A stretch of 15,689 bases of DNA. It comes from Thermoproteota archaeon. GTDB taxonomy: Archaea > Korarchaeota > Korarchaeia > Korarchaeales > Korarchaeaceae. Shown piece after piece: positions 13,706 through 15,689 of the stretch. Position 1 is the stretch's first letter, and every line of letters begins with the position of its first letter. The notes beneath the pieces are model-generated. The model had not been told where the DNA came from. It saw only the letters and a program-made list of their open reading frames with translations, and did no database searches. The stretch spans positions 1 to 15,689 of the forward strand of contig JAOZFH010000030.1 of NCBI GenBank assembly GCA_027491415.1, in the 5' to 3' direction. A program made the position numbers and the translations under genes.

Positions 13706-14848
13706 TTGCAAGAGGACAGGGTTAGGGCGGTTCTGGAGGACGTTGCCGAGCCGGTTGAGGAGTTCGTGATGACCATCGACGAACTGAGGGAGATCGCGAA
13801 GAAGCCTCGACCGACCACCTACATCGGATACGAGCCCTCCGGCCCGATCCACGTGGGAGTCCTCTTCACCGTACAGAAGCTCGCGAAGCTGGCGAGCTTG
13901 GGATTCCACTCCATCGCGCTGATGGCCGACCTCCACGGCTTCCTGAACGGGAAGGGTTCCCTGGAGATCTTGAAGGAGGTCTCTCTTACCTACTGGAGGG
14001 AGGTCTTCACCACCCTCGGGTCTCCCGACATAGACATCGTGCTCGGAAGCGAGTACCAGCTCACGGCGGACTACGAGCTGGACATGCTCACGCTCTCCCA
14101 GAGGGTGACTGCGAGGAGGGCATGGAGGGCTATGTCCATGATCGCCAGGGAGACGGAGCACCCCACCGTGGGTCAGCACATCTACCCGATCATGCAGGCC
14201 CTAGACATAATCTACCTGGGCTGCGACCTAGCCATGGGGGGCACGGACCAGAGGAGGATACACGCCCTAGCGAGGGAGCTCTTCGGGTCTAAGATAGAGC
14301 TGAGGCACGAGAAGTGGGTTCCCGTCGCCGCGCACTACCCGCTGGTGCCGGGCCTCCTGCCCGGCGGGAAGATGAGCAGCTCCATCCCGAAGTCTCACAT
14401 TGCGGTCCACGACCCTCCGGAGGTCATCAGGAGGAAGATGAGGGCGGCGTTCTGCCCTCCCCCCGGAGACGAGCAGTACGACGAGGATGGCAAACTGGTC
14501 AACCCCATACTGGCCATGTTCAAGATGGTGATCCTCCCTAGGGAAGGCAGGGTTACTCTCCCGAGGGCCAGGGCGGCGGGAGGCGGGGAGGTCGAGGTCT
14601 CCGACTGGGGTCAGCTCTTTGACCTCTACCGGAAGGGAGAGCTGCACCCGCTCGACCTGAAGAACTTCGCCGCCGAGTACTTCATCGAGAGGTTCCGCCC
14701 GGTGAGGGAGAAGTTCGAGTCGGATCCCTCCCTGATCGAGCCCCTCTACAGGCTCCAGCGTTGGCAGTGGGAGCACGGGCTCCTGGGTGATGCCGAATGG
14801 GAGGAGGTGAAGAGATCCCTCTCCCCGTACTTGGGGGAGATCTCCTGA
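13706..14848 (+). CDS. tyrS: Tyrosine--tRNA ligase (archaeal type)
   Basis: YIGYEPSGPIHVG, ADLHGFLN, LGSEYQL, IYPIMQALDI (Tyr-pocket Y/Q/D residues), GGTDQRRIH, KMSSS, AFCPP, LHPLDLK. Confidence 0.96.
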   Translation: MQEDRVRAVLEDVAEPVEEFVMTIDELREIAKKPRPTTYIGYEPSGPIHVGVLFTVQKLAKLASLGFHSIALMADLHGFLNGKGSLEILKEVSLTYWREVFTTLGSPDIDIVLGSEYQLTADYELDMLTLSQRVTARRAWRAMSMIARETEHPTVGQHIYPIMQALDIIYLGCDLAMGGTDQRRIHALARELFGSKIELRHEKWVPVAAHYPLVPGLLPGGKMSSSIPKSHIAVHDPPEVIRRKMRAAFCPPPGDEQYDEDGKLVNPILAMFKMVILPREGRVTLPRARAAGGGEVEVSDWGQLFDLYRKGELHPLDLKNFAAEYFIERFRPVREKFESDPSLIEPLYRLQRWQWEHGLLGDAEWEEVKRSLSPYLGEIS

Positions 14849-14865
14849 TAGAGTCCCCGGATGAG

Positions 14866-15689
14866 ATGTTCGTGCTCGAGGAGAACGCCGAGTGGCTGGG
14901 AGTGACCCGCCTGCTCATGATGGAGAACGCCGCCGGGGCCGTGGTCAGGGCCGTGGAGGGGGTCCTGGGCGACACGCTGAGGGGTAAGAGGGTGTTCGTC
15001 TTTTGTGGGAGAGGGAACAACGGCGGGGACGGGATAACGGCGGCCAGGAGGATGGCCGCGCTTGGCGCCAGGGTCACGGTGATACTTACGGGCGAGCCGA
15101 CCGCCAGCGAGGCCTCGTACAACTTTGAGATCGTCAAGAAGGGGGTGTCCGTTGAGATCCGCCGCTTCTCCGATCTCCCCGATGAGGAGCCTGACGCGGT
15201 GGTTGACGCCCTGCTGGGCACTGGCGTGAGGGGCGCGCCCAGGGGGATCGTTGCCCAGGCAATCGAGGCCGTCAACTCTCTGGGGACCAAGGGGGTACCC
15301 ATCGTCGCCGTGGACGTACCCTCTGGCCTGAACCCGTTCACCGGTGAGGCCCCGGGCGCAGTCGTCAAGGCCACCGTGACGGTCACGTTCCACGCCAGGA
15401 AACCCGGGCTCAGGTCCGACCTCTGCGGGAGGGTGATCGTCGCCGAAGCCGGCGCGCCGGCGGAGTCGCTGCTCTACTGCGGCCCGGGGGACGTGAAGGT
15501 AGTCCTGAAGCCAAAGAGACCTCCCTGGTCCCACAAGGGGGACTTCGGCAGGGTTCTAGTGGTCGGCGGATCCTCACTATACACGGGGGCCCCGGCCATG
15601 GCCGCGATGGCCGCCCTGAAGGCCGGTGCTGACCTGGTGTCCATCGCCGCTCCGCGCTGGGTTTCCGCGACGATAAAGCCCATCTCGCC
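14866..15689 (+). CDS. nnr: Bifunctional NAD(P)H-hydrate repair enzyme (NnrE epimerase + NnrD dehydratase), 3'-truncated by window edge; absent from the ORF track
   Basis: Hand translation gives LMMENAA, FCGRGNNGGDG, VDALLGTG, VAVDVPSG, TVTF (YjeF_N), then SHKGDFGRVLVVGGS..YTGAP..AA.AALKAGADLV (YjeF_C). Start is uncertain: ATG 14866, ATG 14797 or CTG 14845. Confidence 0.93.
   Translation, partial: MFVLEENAEWLGVTRLLMMENAAGAVVRAVEGVLGDTLRGKRVFVFCGRGNNGGDGITAARRMAALGARVTVILTGEPTASEASYNFEIVKKGVSVEIRRFSDLPDEEPDAVVDALLGTGVRGAPRGIVAQAIEAVNSLGTKGVPIVAVDVPSGLNPFTGEAPGAVVKATVTVTFHARKPGLRSDLCGRVIVAEAGAPAESLLYCGPGDVKVVLKPKRPPWSHKGDFGRVLVVGGSSLYTGAPAMAAMAALKAGADLVSIAAPRWVSATIKPIS

Overview
High-GC archaeal chromosomal core region, densely packed and mostly housekeeping. 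In order: 3' part of an ECF transporter ATPase and EcfT; an A/T-richer intergenic stretch with ORB-like motifs (probable replication origin); orc1/cdc6; a convergent, translationally coupled pmm-GPN GTPase-PolD small subunit (DP1) operon; tRNA-Ser(CGA) with a 20-nt D-loop intron; valS; a PfkB kinase; DUF99; GGGP synthase; tRNA-Gln(UUG); a Mut7-C RNase; a box C/D guide sRNA; cysS; tyrS; and the 5' part of bifunctional nnr. I found no mobile element, CRISPR array or defence system, and nothing I can defend as a wholly new biological system. The best signals outside the ORF track are (1) a dual-guide C/D sRNA whose guides match the two strands of 16S rRNA helix 34 and whose D'/C' boxes carry compensatory changes, (2) a non-canonical 18/19 tRNA intron with a relaxed BHB motif, (3) the candidate oriC, and (4) a ValRS with both class I signature motifs altered. 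PolD together with a D-loop tRNA intron suggests a PolD-encoding lineage, possibly TACK (e.g. Korarchaeota-like); this is inference only. All family assignments come from recalled motifs, not from database searches.
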